Positions 38,535-47,656 of a stretch of 64,000 nucleotides of DNA are shown one piece after another. The stretch covers positions 13,075-77,074 of the forward strand of contig CALSVD010000001.1 in assembly GCA_943840765.1 (NCBI GenBank). The letters run 5' to 3'. This stretch comes from an uncultured Flavobacteriaceae bacterium. GTDB lineage: Bacteria > Bacteroidota > Bacteroidia > Flavobacteriales > Flavobacteriaceae. A model generated the notes under the pieces. The model ran no database searches. It saw only the letters and a program-made list of their open reading frames with translations, and was not told the DNA's origin. How positions within the stretch are numbered: position 1 is the stretch's first letter; the number at the start of each line of letters is the position of its first letter. A program made the position numbers and the translations under genes.

Positions 38535-39248
38535 ATGAAGATAGCATTATTAGGATACGGTAAAATGGGTAAAGAAATAGAAAAGATTTCCATTGAAAGA
38601 GGTCATTCTATTTCTGTAATTATTGATAAAGATGACGATGTGAAATCATTAATTGATTCTGACGTTGCTATTAACTTCAGCACACCCAGTTCTGCTGTAA
38701 GTAGTATAAAATTAGCACTTGATAGCTCTGTACCAATAATATCTGGAACTACAGGATGGTTAGAAAAATATAATGAGATTGTTGAATACTCAAAAAATAC
38801 TGGAACTAGTTTTATGTATGCCTCTAACTACAGTTTAGGAGTAAATTTATTTTTTGAATTAAATAAAAAACTAACAAGATTACTTAATAAACACGATCAA
38901 TACAAAATAGCCTTACAAGAAATTCATCATGCGGAGAAAATTGATAAACCTAGTGGAACAGCGTTGACCCTTGCCGAGGATATAATTAAGGATACTGACT
39001 ATGAGGATTGGTCGTTTAAAAACAATACTAATAAAACTATAAAAATGGAGTCTGTTAGGGAAAATAATGTTCCTGGTACTCATAAAGTTAAGTATGATTC
39101 TGGAATTGATTCAATTGAAATTACCCATACAGCACATTCTAGAAAAGGATTTGCACTTGGTGCTGTTGTAGCAGCTGAATGGATTATTGACAAAAAAGGT
39201 GTTTTTAATATGACTGATATAATTAATGACACCAATTTAAAATTATAA
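38535..39248 (+). CDS. dapB: 4-hydroxy-tetrahydrodipicolinate reductase
   Basis: 237 aa. LLGYGKMGK NAD motif and EIHHAEKIDKPSGTAL. Confidence 0.9.
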   Translation: MKIALLGYGKMGKEIEKISIERGHSISVIIDKDDDVKSLIDSDVAINFSTPSSAVSSIKLALDSSVPIISGTTGWLEKYNEIVEYSKNTGTSFMYASNYSLGVNLFFELNKKLTRLLNKHDQYKIALQEIHHAEKIDKPSGTALTLAEDIIKDTDYEDWSFKNNTNKTIKMESVRENNVPGTHKVKYDSGIDSIEITHTAHSRKGFALGAVVAAEWIIDKKGVFNMTDIINDTNLKL

Positions 39249-39250
39249 AA

Positions 39251-40948
39251 ATGACTGTATTTGAGTGGTTAATCTTTTTTTTCGTAGTTCAAATAATTCA
39301 TGGTTTAGGAACTTGGAAACTATATAAGTTTTCAGGACATAAACCAATTGAAGCATTTATTCCGGTTTACAATGCAATTGTTTTAATGAAAATAATCAGA
39401 AGACCTAAATGGTGGATTGTTTTATTATTTATACCAGTGATAAATCTTTTGATTTTTCCAGTTATATGGGTAGAAACAGCGAGGAGTTTTGGCAAAAACT
39501 CAACAATTGAAACCCTACTTGTTATCACCACTCTTGGACTTTACCTGTACACAATTAATTATTCAAATAAAATTAAATATTTACACAATAGAGATTTAAA
39601 TCATAAAACTGCTTTTGGTGAGTGGATCAGTTCAATAATTTTTGCTATTGTTCTAGCAACAGGAGTTCACACTTATTTTATTCAACCCTACATCATTCCC
39701 ACAGGTTCATTAGAAAAATCATTATTAGTTGGTGATTTTTTATTTGTTAGTAAATTTCATTACGGTGCGAGAGCTCCACAAACAGCAATTTCATTTCCTA
39801 TGGTCCATGATACAATTGTTGGAACAGGCATTAGGTCTTATTTAAACAAACCTCAGATACCTTATTTTAGACTTCCAGGCTTTCAAAATATAAAAAGAAA
39901 TGAAATTGTAACATTTAATTGGCCTGCTGACACAGTTAGAAAATTTTTTGTTCGCGAAAAAGGGGTAAGTAAACCTATTGATAAAAAATCTAATTATGTT
40001 AAAAGATGTGTAGGTCTTCCAAACGACACATTAGAAATTATTAATGGTAAGATTTATATAAATGGACAAAAGAGTAAAATGCCATTTAGAGCTAAGCCAG
40101 TATTTAATTATACTGCCTACAACAATAAAGGAGTTTCTAAATCAGAATTAATGAAAATGGGTATTACTGATATCCAACGCAAATTTAAAGTTGATCAAAT
40201 CAATCAATCAAAATTTGAAGCAATAAGACCATATTTATTAAATATAATTGATAATAGTTCTGACAATTTTACAGTTCTAACGGGACCTGAGGGAATCCCT
40301 TACGATGTTAGACTAAAATCAAGAATTTCAATGGTTGAAATAACTGATTTTAAAGCCAATTTATTTTTAACGGAAAGTGAAGCTAAATTAATAACAGAAT
40401 CTAACGTTATTGATAGTTTAAAAAGAAATTATAAAACAATAAAGTCTTATAATACTTCCTTCTTCCCTAATGATATTAGATTCAATTGGAATGAAGATAA
40501 TTTTGGACCAATAATAATACCCTCGAAAAACAAAAAAATAAAACTTACTCAAGCTAATCTTCCATTATATAAAAAAGTAATTCGAGACTATGAAAAGAAT
40601 ACTCTATCGTTAGATAAGAAAGGTAATATTAGAATAAATGATATTTTAACCGACGAATACATTTTCAAACAGGATTACTATTGGATGATGGGAGACAACA
40701 GGTATAAATCGGAGGATAGTCGAAGCTGGGGTTTTGTTCCTGAGAATCATATTGTTGGTAAGCCTGTATTTATCTGGTTCAGTATTGATGGAATTAATGA
40801 CGGTTTTAAAAATTGGAAAGTTCGATGGGAAAGAGTTTTTACAACCGTAAATTTAGATGGAGAACCTAAATCCTACAGATGGTATTTTTTAATTGGAGTG
40901 CTAGTAGTTTTAATTTACTCTGAATTCAATAAGAGAAAGAAAAAATAG
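39251..40948 (+). CDS. lepB: signal peptidase I with N-terminal extra membrane domain
   Basis: 565 aa. S26 motifs IPTGSLEKSLLVGD (SxxK-type Ser), KRCVGLPND, GDNRYKSEDSRSWGFVPENHIVGK. Confidence 0.85.
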   Translation: MTVFEWLIFFFVVQIIHGLGTWKLYKFSGHKPIEAFIPVYNAIVLMKIIRRPKWWIVLLFIPVINLLIFPVIWVETARSFGKNSTIETLLVITTLGLYLYTINYSNKIKYLHNRDLNHKTAFGEWISSIIFAIVLATGVHTYFIQPYIIPTGSLEKSLLVGDFLFVSKFHYGARAPQTAISFPMVHDTIVGTGIRSYLNKPQIPYFRLPGFQNIKRNEIVTFNWPADTVRKFFVREKGVSKPIDKKSNYVKRCVGLPNDTLEIINGKIYINGQKSKMPFRAKPVFNYTAYNNKGVSKSELMKMGITDIQRKFKVDQINQSKFEAIRPYLLNIIDNSSDNFTVLTGPEGIPYDVRLKSRISMVEITDFKANLFLTESEAKLITESNVIDSLKRNYKTIKSYNTSFFPNDIRFNWNEDNFGPIIIPSKNKKIKLTQANLPLYKKVIRDYEKNTLSLDKKGNIRINDILTDEYIFKQDYYWMMGDNRYKSEDSRSWGFVPENHIVGKPVFIWFSIDGINDGFKNWKVRWERVFTTVNLDGEPKSYRWYFLIGVLVVLIYSEFNKRKKK

Positions 40949-40954
40949 TAAACA

Positions 40955-41560
40955 TTGGGGTTAACTAAAAAACTTTTAATTCCACCTTATTTTGGTCCTA
41001 TCTCAACCTGGGCTGAAATTTATAATTGTGATGTAATTTGGGACATTCATAAAAATTACAATAAACAATCTTACAGAAATAGAACATTTATTCATTCGGC
41101 AAATGGAGTTCAAAAACTCACAGTTCCAATAAAACATTCATTAATAAAGTTTACTTTAAATGATTCTTATATTGACAACTCTACAAATTGGCAACAGATT
41201 CATTGGAAATCTATTAAAATTGCATATAGCTCATCTCCTTATTTTGAATTTTATAAAGATTCTTTGGAAGTTTTTTTTTCAAAAAAATATATCAAACTTT
41301 TAGATCTAAATATGAATACAATTAAAATGATATCAGAATGGCTAGAAGTTGATCTAAATAATGATTTTTCAAAAAAATATGTAGAAGATTATAATACTAA
41401 ATTTGACCTAAGAAACTTAATAGAACATAAAAACAAAACAAAAAAATTGATACCAAATTACACTCAAGTATTTTCAAACAAAAATGGATTTATTAATGAT
41501 TTGAGTATAATTGATTTAATTTTCAATGAAGGACCAAATAGTTTAAGATTTTTAAAATAA
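40955..41560 (+). CDS. WbqC-like family protein
   Basis: 201 aa. Family recognised from memory and from the conserved position after lepB. Confidence 0.55.
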   Translation: MGLTKKLLIPPYFGPISTWAEIYNCDVIWDIHKNYNKQSYRNRTFIHSANGVQKLTVPIKHSLIKFTLNDSYIDNSTNWQQIHWKSIKIAYSSSPYFEFYKDSLEVFFSKKYIKLLDLNMNTIKMISEWLEVDLNNDFSKKYVEDYNTKFDLRNLIEHKNKTKKLIPNYTQVFSNKNGFINDLSIIDLIFNEGPNSLRFLK

Positions 41561-41562
41561 AA

Positions 41563-41851
41563 AAAGCAGGCCATAAGCCGGATTCTGTCGTGTCTTATCA
41601 TTTATCTAGACAAAATATTACTATTTTGCTCAAACCGCCCACCCTCCAACATCGAACGAGCAGCTCTCAAACGTTGGTATACGTGACGTTTCACCTTATA
41701 GAGTTTACATGATTTCACTACAGCCGAACTGTACATTCTTTCTGTTGCACTTGTCCTCTATTAAAAATAGTGACGGGCGTTACCCGCTATAATGCTCTTT
41801 GGTGTCCGGACTTTCCTCTTTTAAAAATAAAAGCGATAAGAAGGCCTGCTT
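41563..41851 (-). ncRNA. rnpB: RNase P RNA (bacterial type A), compact (~290 nt)
   Basis: On the minus strand: P1 AGCAGGCC...GGCCTGCT, conserved GAGGAAAGTCCGGAC, GGGTAACGCCC, CAACAGAAAG, ACGACAGAATCCGGCTTA. A GC-rich island in an AT-rich background, with a TATTTTTG -7 box at 41855..41862. Ends are approximate. Confidence 0.85.
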
Positions 41852-41944
41852 TGACAAAAATAGATTAAAAATCATGTTGATAAAAAAAAATTATAAAAGA
41901 TTTAAAATTTACAAAATCAATAACGTATTTTTATATTTGTGTCA

Positions 41945-43615
41945 ATGGAAAATTTTACCGTTTCTGCTTTAAAATACAGACCCAATAGTTTTGAAAGTGT
42001 AGTAGGACAAAGTGCCATTACAAAAACTTTGGAAAATGCTATTCAAAATAATCAACTCCCTCAAGCAATGTTATTTTGTGGGCCAAGAGGAGTTGGAAAA
42101 ACAACATGTGCCAGAATTCTAGCTAAACAAATTAATGGAGCAGATGAATCTTCAGATTTTTCATATAATATTTTTGAACTTGACGCGGCATCAAATAATG
42201 GAGTTGATGATATAAGAAATCTAATTGATCAAGTGAGAATTCCTCCTCAGACTGGAAATTATAAAGTTTATATAATAGATGAGGTTCATATGCTTTCAGG
42301 ACAAGCATTTAATGCTTTTTTAAAAACTCTTGAGGAACCTCCAAAATATGCTATTTTTATTTTAGCCACTACTGAAAAGCACAAAGTAATTCCAACAATT
42401 TTATCACGCTGTCAAATTTATGATTTTAAAAAAATAAGTTCTTCTCACATTAAAACACATTTAGAGTTCATAGCAAATAAAGAAAATATTTCATTTGATG
42501 ACGAATCACTTTTTTTAATTGCAAATAAATGTGACGGAGCTTTAAGAGATGCTTTATCTATTTTTGATAGATTGGTTAATTATACAGATGGAAATATTAC
42601 AAAAGAGTTAGCATATAAAAATCTGAACATCTTAGATCACGATGTTTATTTCAAAGCAACCAGATTAATTGTCAGCAATGACATAACAAATTGTCTCCTT
42701 TTGTTTGATGAAATTTTAAATCAAGGTTTCAATGGACAACATTTTATAGATGGCTTATGTTTACATTTTAGAGATCTATTAATATCAAAATCTTTAAAAA
42801 CCCATGTTCTTTTAAATCAAAATGAAAATTTAAAAGATAGATACGTAGATCAATCTAAAAATTTAGATATTGATTTTATTTTAAAATCAATAAACCTCAC
42901 TGAAGAATGTAGCTTTAAATATAAAAACAGTAAAAACCAACGGCTCCTAACAGAAATTTGTTTAATGAAACTTTGTTCAATAAATAATATTGAATTAAAA
43001 AAAAAAGTTAAAATCTTAAGTAGATCTGAACTAGCTGCAAATAAAACTTCTTATAAAGCAGATATTCATTCCCCAAAAGAGAATTTAAAAACTAATATAC
43101 TAGATAAAGAATACTCAAAAGAAAAATTAAAAATTAAAAAAGAAACTTCCCCTGTTTCGGGATTATCTTTATCCTCTTTAAAGGCTAAAAAAAATATAGA
43201 AAGTATAGCTTTGTTAAAAAAAAATGAGTCTGAAAGTTCAAGCTCAAATAAAACTAAATTTGATGTAAACTCCCTTTCAAATTCTTGGAAAAAATTTCAA
43301 GAATTGACTGTCAAAAAAGGAAGAAAAAATTTAGCGAGTATTCTCTCAATAAGTCAACCTCAAATTTTTGAAGAAAACAAATTAACTTATACTCTAACTA
43401 ACAATACTAATAAGTTAGAGTTAGAAAAAAGTAAGTTGGAATTAGTTGAATTTCTTAAAAAAGATTTAAAAAATGATAGCATTTCTTTAGAAATTAATGT
43501 AAATAAATTAAAAGAAAAAAAATTCGTTTTTACACCGGGAGAGAAATATGAAAAGTTAAAAAAAATAAATCCCAACATTGAAATATTGAGAAAAGAATTT
43601 AAACTTAATCTATAA
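41945..43615 (+). CDS. dnaX: DNA polymerase III subunit tau (gamma/tau)
   Basis: MENFTVSALKYRPNSF, Walker A GPRGVGKTT, SRC motif ILSRCQ. The track ORF starts at GTG 41939. I prefer ATG 41945 because a TATATTTG box occupies 41931..41938. Confidence 0.9.
   Translation: MENFTVSALKYRPNSFESVVGQSAITKTLENAIQNNQLPQAMLFCGPRGVGKTTCARILAKQINGADESSDFSYNIFELDAASNNGVDDIRNLIDQVRIPPQTGNYKVYIIDEVHMLSGQAFNAFLKTLEEPPKYAIFILATTEKHKVIPTILSRCQIYDFKKISSSHIKTHLEFIANKENISFDDESLFLIANKCDGALRDALSIFDRLVNYTDGNITKELAYKNLNILDHDVYFKATRLIVSNDITNCLLLFDEILNQGFNGQHFIDGLCLHFRDLLISKSLKTHVLLNQNENLKDRYVDQSKNLDIDFILKSINLTEECSFKYKNSKNQRLLTEICLMKLCSINNIELKKKVKILSRSELAANKTSYKADIHSPKENLKTNILDKEYSKEKLKIKKETSPVSGLSLSSLKAKKNIESIALLKKNESESSSSNKTKFDVNSLSNSWKKFQELTVKKGRKNLASILSISQPQIFEENKLTYTLTNNTNKLELEKSKLELVEFLKKDLKNDSISLEINVNKLKEKKFVFTPGEKYEKLKKINPNIEILRKEFKLNL
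42997..43006 (+). other. A10 slippery run inside dnaX at the domain III/linker boundary
   Basis: tta aaa aaa aaa gtt. The -1 frame reads agt TAA immediately after the run. The +1 frame reads tta aaa tct TAA. Confidence 0.5.
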
Positions 43616-44488
43616 ATTATTTAATAATTCATGAACCATTCCATCCGCTAATCCTATTTTAGGAACCAATATTTCATTAGAATTCATTTTGTTCATTACA
43701 AACTGATATATTTCTCCAGCTGGCACAATGACGTCGACCCGATCAGGGTTTAATTTTAATTTAATCACTTTATCATAAACTGACATTTTAGATAAATCAT
43801 TTAATGAATTATCCAATGATTTTTTGGTTAAAGATTTACCAATATTATTTCCTGATAACTTAAATATTTTATTAATATTTCCACCAATACCAACTAAATT
43901 TACTTGTTCAAACTTATTAATATTAGAGACTATCCACTGATCTAATTTATTCCAAGTAGATTTCTTAACTAAATTATTTATTAACCTAACTCCTCCAATT
44001 TTAAAAGATTTAGAAATAATTATCTCTTTATTTTTAATTAGTGTAAGTTCAGTACTACCTCCTCCAACGTCAACAAAACAATAAATATTATCTTTTTTTA
44101 AAAATGATTGATTATTTGTAATAAGTTGAGCTTCTTTTTTTCCGCTGATAATTTCAATTCTAATTTTAGTCTTTTTTAAAATCAGGGCAACAATTTCATG
44201 TCCATTAGATGAACTTCTTAATGCAGATGTTGCATAAGCTAAATATTTTTCAACTTTATGAACTTTCATTAATAATTTAAATGATTTTATGGAGTCTAAT
44301 AATCTTAAGATATTCTCCTTTGAAATTTTACCTTTTTTAAATGAATCCTGTCCTAATCTTAAGGGTACTCGGACTAAAGAATTTTTTGTGACATACACAT
44401 CAGATCTATAACTATAAACATTTGAAATCAATAACCTTATAGCATTGGAACCTATATCTATAGTTGCGTATTTTTTAACTTTTTTCAA
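43610..44488 (-). CDS. ppx: Ppx/GppA-family exopolyphosphatase
   Basis: 292 aa. ATIDIGSNAIRLLI and DVGGGSTE ASKHA-fold motifs. Confidence 0.8.
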   Translation of the reverse strand: MKKVKKYATIDIGSNAIRLLISNVYSYRSDVYVTKNSLVRVPLRLGQDSFKKGKISKENILRLLDSIKSFKLLMKVHKVEKYLAYATSALRSSSNGHEIVALILKKTKIRIEIISGKKEAQLITNNQSFLKKDNIYCFVDVGGGSTELTLIKNKEIIISKSFKIGGVRLINNLVKKSTWNKLDQWIVSNINKFEQVNLVGIGGNINKIFKLSGNNIGKSLTKKSLDNSLNDLSKMSVYDKVIKLKLNPDRVDVIVPAGEIYQFVMNKMNSNEILVPKIGLADGMVHELLNNL

Positions 44489-46529
44489 TTTTATTTAAAT
44501 AATATTGATATATTTTTTCTTGTGATCTATGAATATTTTTTGAGTAAAAAGGTTTAATAGATTTAGACGAATTAATCCTCGAAGATTTTACATTGTCCAT
44601 CCAATATATTTCAAAAATATCATTAATTTCTTTTTTTAAATCATTTTGAAAAATTGGACATGTTACCTCAACTCTATTATCTAAATTTCTTGTCATCCAG
44701 TCAGCAGATGAAATGTATACTTTATTTTTATTGTCGTTATTAAAAATCATAAATCTAGTGTGTTCTAAAAATCTATCTACAATGCTAATAACCTCAATAT
44801 TATTACTCATGTTTTTAATTCCTGGAACTAAACAACAAATTCCTCTAACAATCATTTTAATTTTAACCCCAGCTCTACTAGCATCATATAAAGATTTTAT
44901 CAAACTATGACTAGTTAGATTATTTATTTTTATTTTAATCCAAGCGACTTTACCATTTTTAGCATTAACTGTTTCCTTTTGAATTAATTTCTTAATTCTA
45001 GATTCAGTATTTATTGGAGATACAAATAAATTTTTAAAACTATATTTTTTGTAATTAGCAGTGAAAAATTTAAAAACATCTATAACTTCTCTCAATATTT
45101 CTTCATTTGAGGTAAATAAGGTTAAATCTGTATAAAGCTTAGCAGTAGATTCGTTAAAATTTCCTGTACTTATAAATCCATAATTTTTAATTGAATTGTT
45201 TTCAAGTCTTTCAATTAGACATATCTTACTATGTACTTTGAGATTAGGTGAACCAAATATTAATTTTACTCCATTTGATTGCATATCCTTAGCATATTTT
45301 ATGTTGGCAGATTCATCAAATCTAGCTTGAAGTTCTATTTGAACAATAACTTTTTTGCCATTTCTAGCTGCATTAATTAATGCACTTGCAATTTTAGATA
45401 GTTTTGATAATCTATAAATAGTAATAGAGATCTTTTTTACCTTGGGATCTATTGAAGATTTCATTAATAAACTAATTATATATGAAAACTTATTATATGG
45501 TGTATGTATTAAAAAATCTCTTTCTTTTAATCTTTCAAAAGTATTATCGCTGTGACTAAAATCAGTAATATTAACAGGATAAAAAGGGGGATAAACTAAT
45601 TTATCATCTAAGTTAGGAAAATCCATATAATCTCGTCTATTATGATATTTTCCACCAGGAATGATACTGTCAGTATCTAAATTAATTCCCATTTTTTTTG
45701 TCAAAAATTCAAGCGTATCTTTATTAATCTTACTGTCATAAACAAACCTAACTGGCTCTGCTATAGACCTTTCCTTTACACTTTGTGCAATTTTATCTAA
45801 AAAACTTTTTGAAATATCATCATCAAAGTCAAGTTCAGCATCACGACTGGTTTTAACCATATTAGCGCTTATAGAAATTGGATTAAAGATTTTAAAAATA
45901 TCTTTTAAATGCAGTCTTATGATATCATCAATAATAATTATTTGATTTATTGATTTTTTTGAAGGAAGTTTTACGAATCTATTTAATGTTTTTGGAATTC
46001 TTATAATGGCATTTTGAATTATTTTTTTTTCAAGTTCCATTCTCACTATCAAAAATGAAAGATTTTCTTTAAACTTTGGTAACTTTTTATTTTTATTTAA
46101 AATTATAACATCAATTGAGGGACTTATATATTCAAAAAAATAATTACCAATAAATTCTTTATGGTTTGGCTCTATAGATTTTTCATCCAAAAAATAAATA
46201 TTTTCTTTTTCTAATAGATTTATGATTGAATCTAGTACTTGAAAACTTTTTTGCTGTAAAGCAGTTGACTTTAAAGTGATATCATTTAACAGCTCTTTTG
46301 CAGTTCTGTCTCTGTAAAGACGTTTTCCACTATTAGAACTTACAGCTATCCTCTTTACTGTTGCATATCTAACTCTAAAAAATTCATCGAGATTGTTAGA
46401 GAAAATACCTAAAAACCTTATTCTTTCAATTAATGGAACTGAAGAATTATCAGCTTCCTCTAAAACTCTTTCGTTAAACTCAAGCCAACTTAACTCACGA
46501 TTTACGAATATATTTTTTTGACTTTTCAT
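44475..46529 (-). CDS. ppk: polyphosphate kinase 1
   Basis: 684 aa. N-terminal FVNRELSWLEFNERVLEEA and two PLD-like HxK motifs (KVHSK...). Confidence 0.95.
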   Translation of the reverse strand: MKSQKNIFVNRELSWLEFNERVLEEADNSSVPLIERIRFLGIFSNNLDEFFRVRYATVKRIAVSSNSGKRLYRDRTAKELLNDITLKSTALQQKSFQVLDSIINLLEKENIYFLDEKSIEPNHKEFIGNYFFEYISPSIDVIILNKNKKLPKFKENLSFLIVRMELEKKIIQNAIIRIPKTLNRFVKLPSKKSINQIIIIDDIIRLHLKDIFKIFNPISISANMVKTSRDAELDFDDDISKSFLDKIAQSVKERSIAEPVRFVYDSKINKDTLEFLTKKMGINLDTDSIIPGGKYHNRRDYMDFPNLDDKLVYPPFYPVNITDFSHSDNTFERLKERDFLIHTPYNKFSYIISLLMKSSIDPKVKKISITIYRLSKLSKIASALINAARNGKKVIVQIELQARFDESANIKYAKDMQSNGVKLIFGSPNLKVHSKICLIERLENNSIKNYGFISTGNFNESTAKLYTDLTLFTSNEEILREVIDVFKFFTANYKKYSFKNLFVSPINTESRIKKLIQKETVNAKNGKVAWIKIKINNLTSHSLIKSLYDASRAGVKIKMIVRGICCLVPGIKNMSNNIEVISIVDRFLEHTRFMIFNNDNKNKVYISSADWMTRNLDNRVEVTCPIFQNDLKKEINDIFEIYWMDNVKSSRINSSKSIKPFYSKNIHRSQEKIYQYYLNKIEKS

Positions 46530-47005
46530 CTAAAATTCTTTGGAAAATAGTAAGTACATTTTCCGTTTTTAATATCAGCCCATAAAGATACATCAAATTC
46601 AAAAATTAAAATTCCACATGTAGGTATATGCAAATTTTTATGATCTGTAAATTTTTTATAAAGATTTGAACAAGTATTGTTATGCGAAAAAATCATAACA
46701 GAATTATATGAAGCATCTAAACATTTTATAAATCTTTCGGTAGCTTCTCCTTCAAAATCATAAAGACTTGGTTCAATAATTAGTTTAATATTAAAATTTA
46801 AATTATCAATAAACTTATGAGCAGTATCCAATGTTCTCCTTGCTGGACTTGAGTAAATAGAATCTATATTTAATTTAAAATTTTTAAAAATGATTGACAT
46901 AATATCCGCATCATTATAGCCTCGGATAGAAAGTGGTCGTTCCAAATCAGAACAATTATAATCCCAAGATGATTTAGCATGTCTAATTAAAATAATCTTT
47001 TTCAA
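46526..47005 (-). CDS. histidine phosphatase family protein (SixA-like)
   Basis: 159 aa with an RHAKS catalytic motif near the N-terminus. 4-nt overlaps on both sides. Confidence 0.7.
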   Translation of the reverse strand: MKKIILIRHAKSSWDYNCSDLERPLSIRGYNDADIMSIIFKNFKLNIDSIYSSPARRTLDTAHKFIDNLNFNIKLIIEPSLYDFEGEATERFIKCLDASYNSVMIFSHNNTCSNLYKKFTDHKNLHIPTCGILIFEFDVSLWADIKNGKCTYYFPKNFR

Positions 47006-47640
47006 GGGGAGAGTCTATTTTTTTCCCATTGTTCATTGTTTTTAAAATAGAAAATCCTGTCGTGAAGACGACTTTCTCTACCTTGCCAAAATTCAATTGA
47101 TTTTGGAATTACATTATAACCACCCCAATGTTTTGGTCTTTTTAAACAATTGACTCCAACATTAAAATTTTTTAATTTATTGTCAATAAAATCTCTTGAG
47201 GGAATAACTTCACTTTGATCAGAAACTATTGCACCTATTCTGCTCGATTCAGGTCTAGAATTAAAGTATTTATCAGATTTTATTTCACTTATTTTATTAG
47301 CAGTTCCATGTATTATAACCTGTCTTTCTAGTGAAGGCCAATAAAACGATAGACATGTTTGAGGATTAAGTTTTATGTGATTTCCTTTTCTACTATTGTA
47401 GTTAGTAAAAAAAATAAAACCTGAATCAGAGAATTCTTTCAATAAAACTATCCGAGTTGTTGGAAATCCTTCGTTATCAACTGTTGATAGTGACATTGCA
47501 TTAGGTTCTTTTTCGTTTCCGATATTTTCTAATTCAGAAAACCACTTTGAAAATAAATCTAGCGGATTATTTGGTAAGTTATTTTCAATTAACTCTCCTT
47601 TTAAATACTTATCTCTATAATTACTAAGATCTTTTGACAT
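47002..47640 (-). CDS. pdxH: pyridoxamine 5'-phosphate oxidase
   Basis: 212 aa. C-terminal IEFWQGRESRLHDRIFY...RLSP signature. Confidence 0.9.
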   Translation of the reverse strand: MSKDLSNYRDKYLKGELIENNLPNNPLDLFSKWFSELENIGNEKEPNAMSLSTVDNEGFPTTRIVLLKEFSDSGFIFFTNYNSRKGNHIKLNPQTCLSFYWPSLERQVIIHGTANKISEIKSDKYFNSRPESSRIGAIVSDQSEVIPSRDFIDNKLKNFNVGVNCLKRPKHWGGYNVIPKSIEFWQGRESRLHDRIFYFKNNEQWEKNRLSP

Positions 47641-47656
47641 TTAATAAAAATAATGA

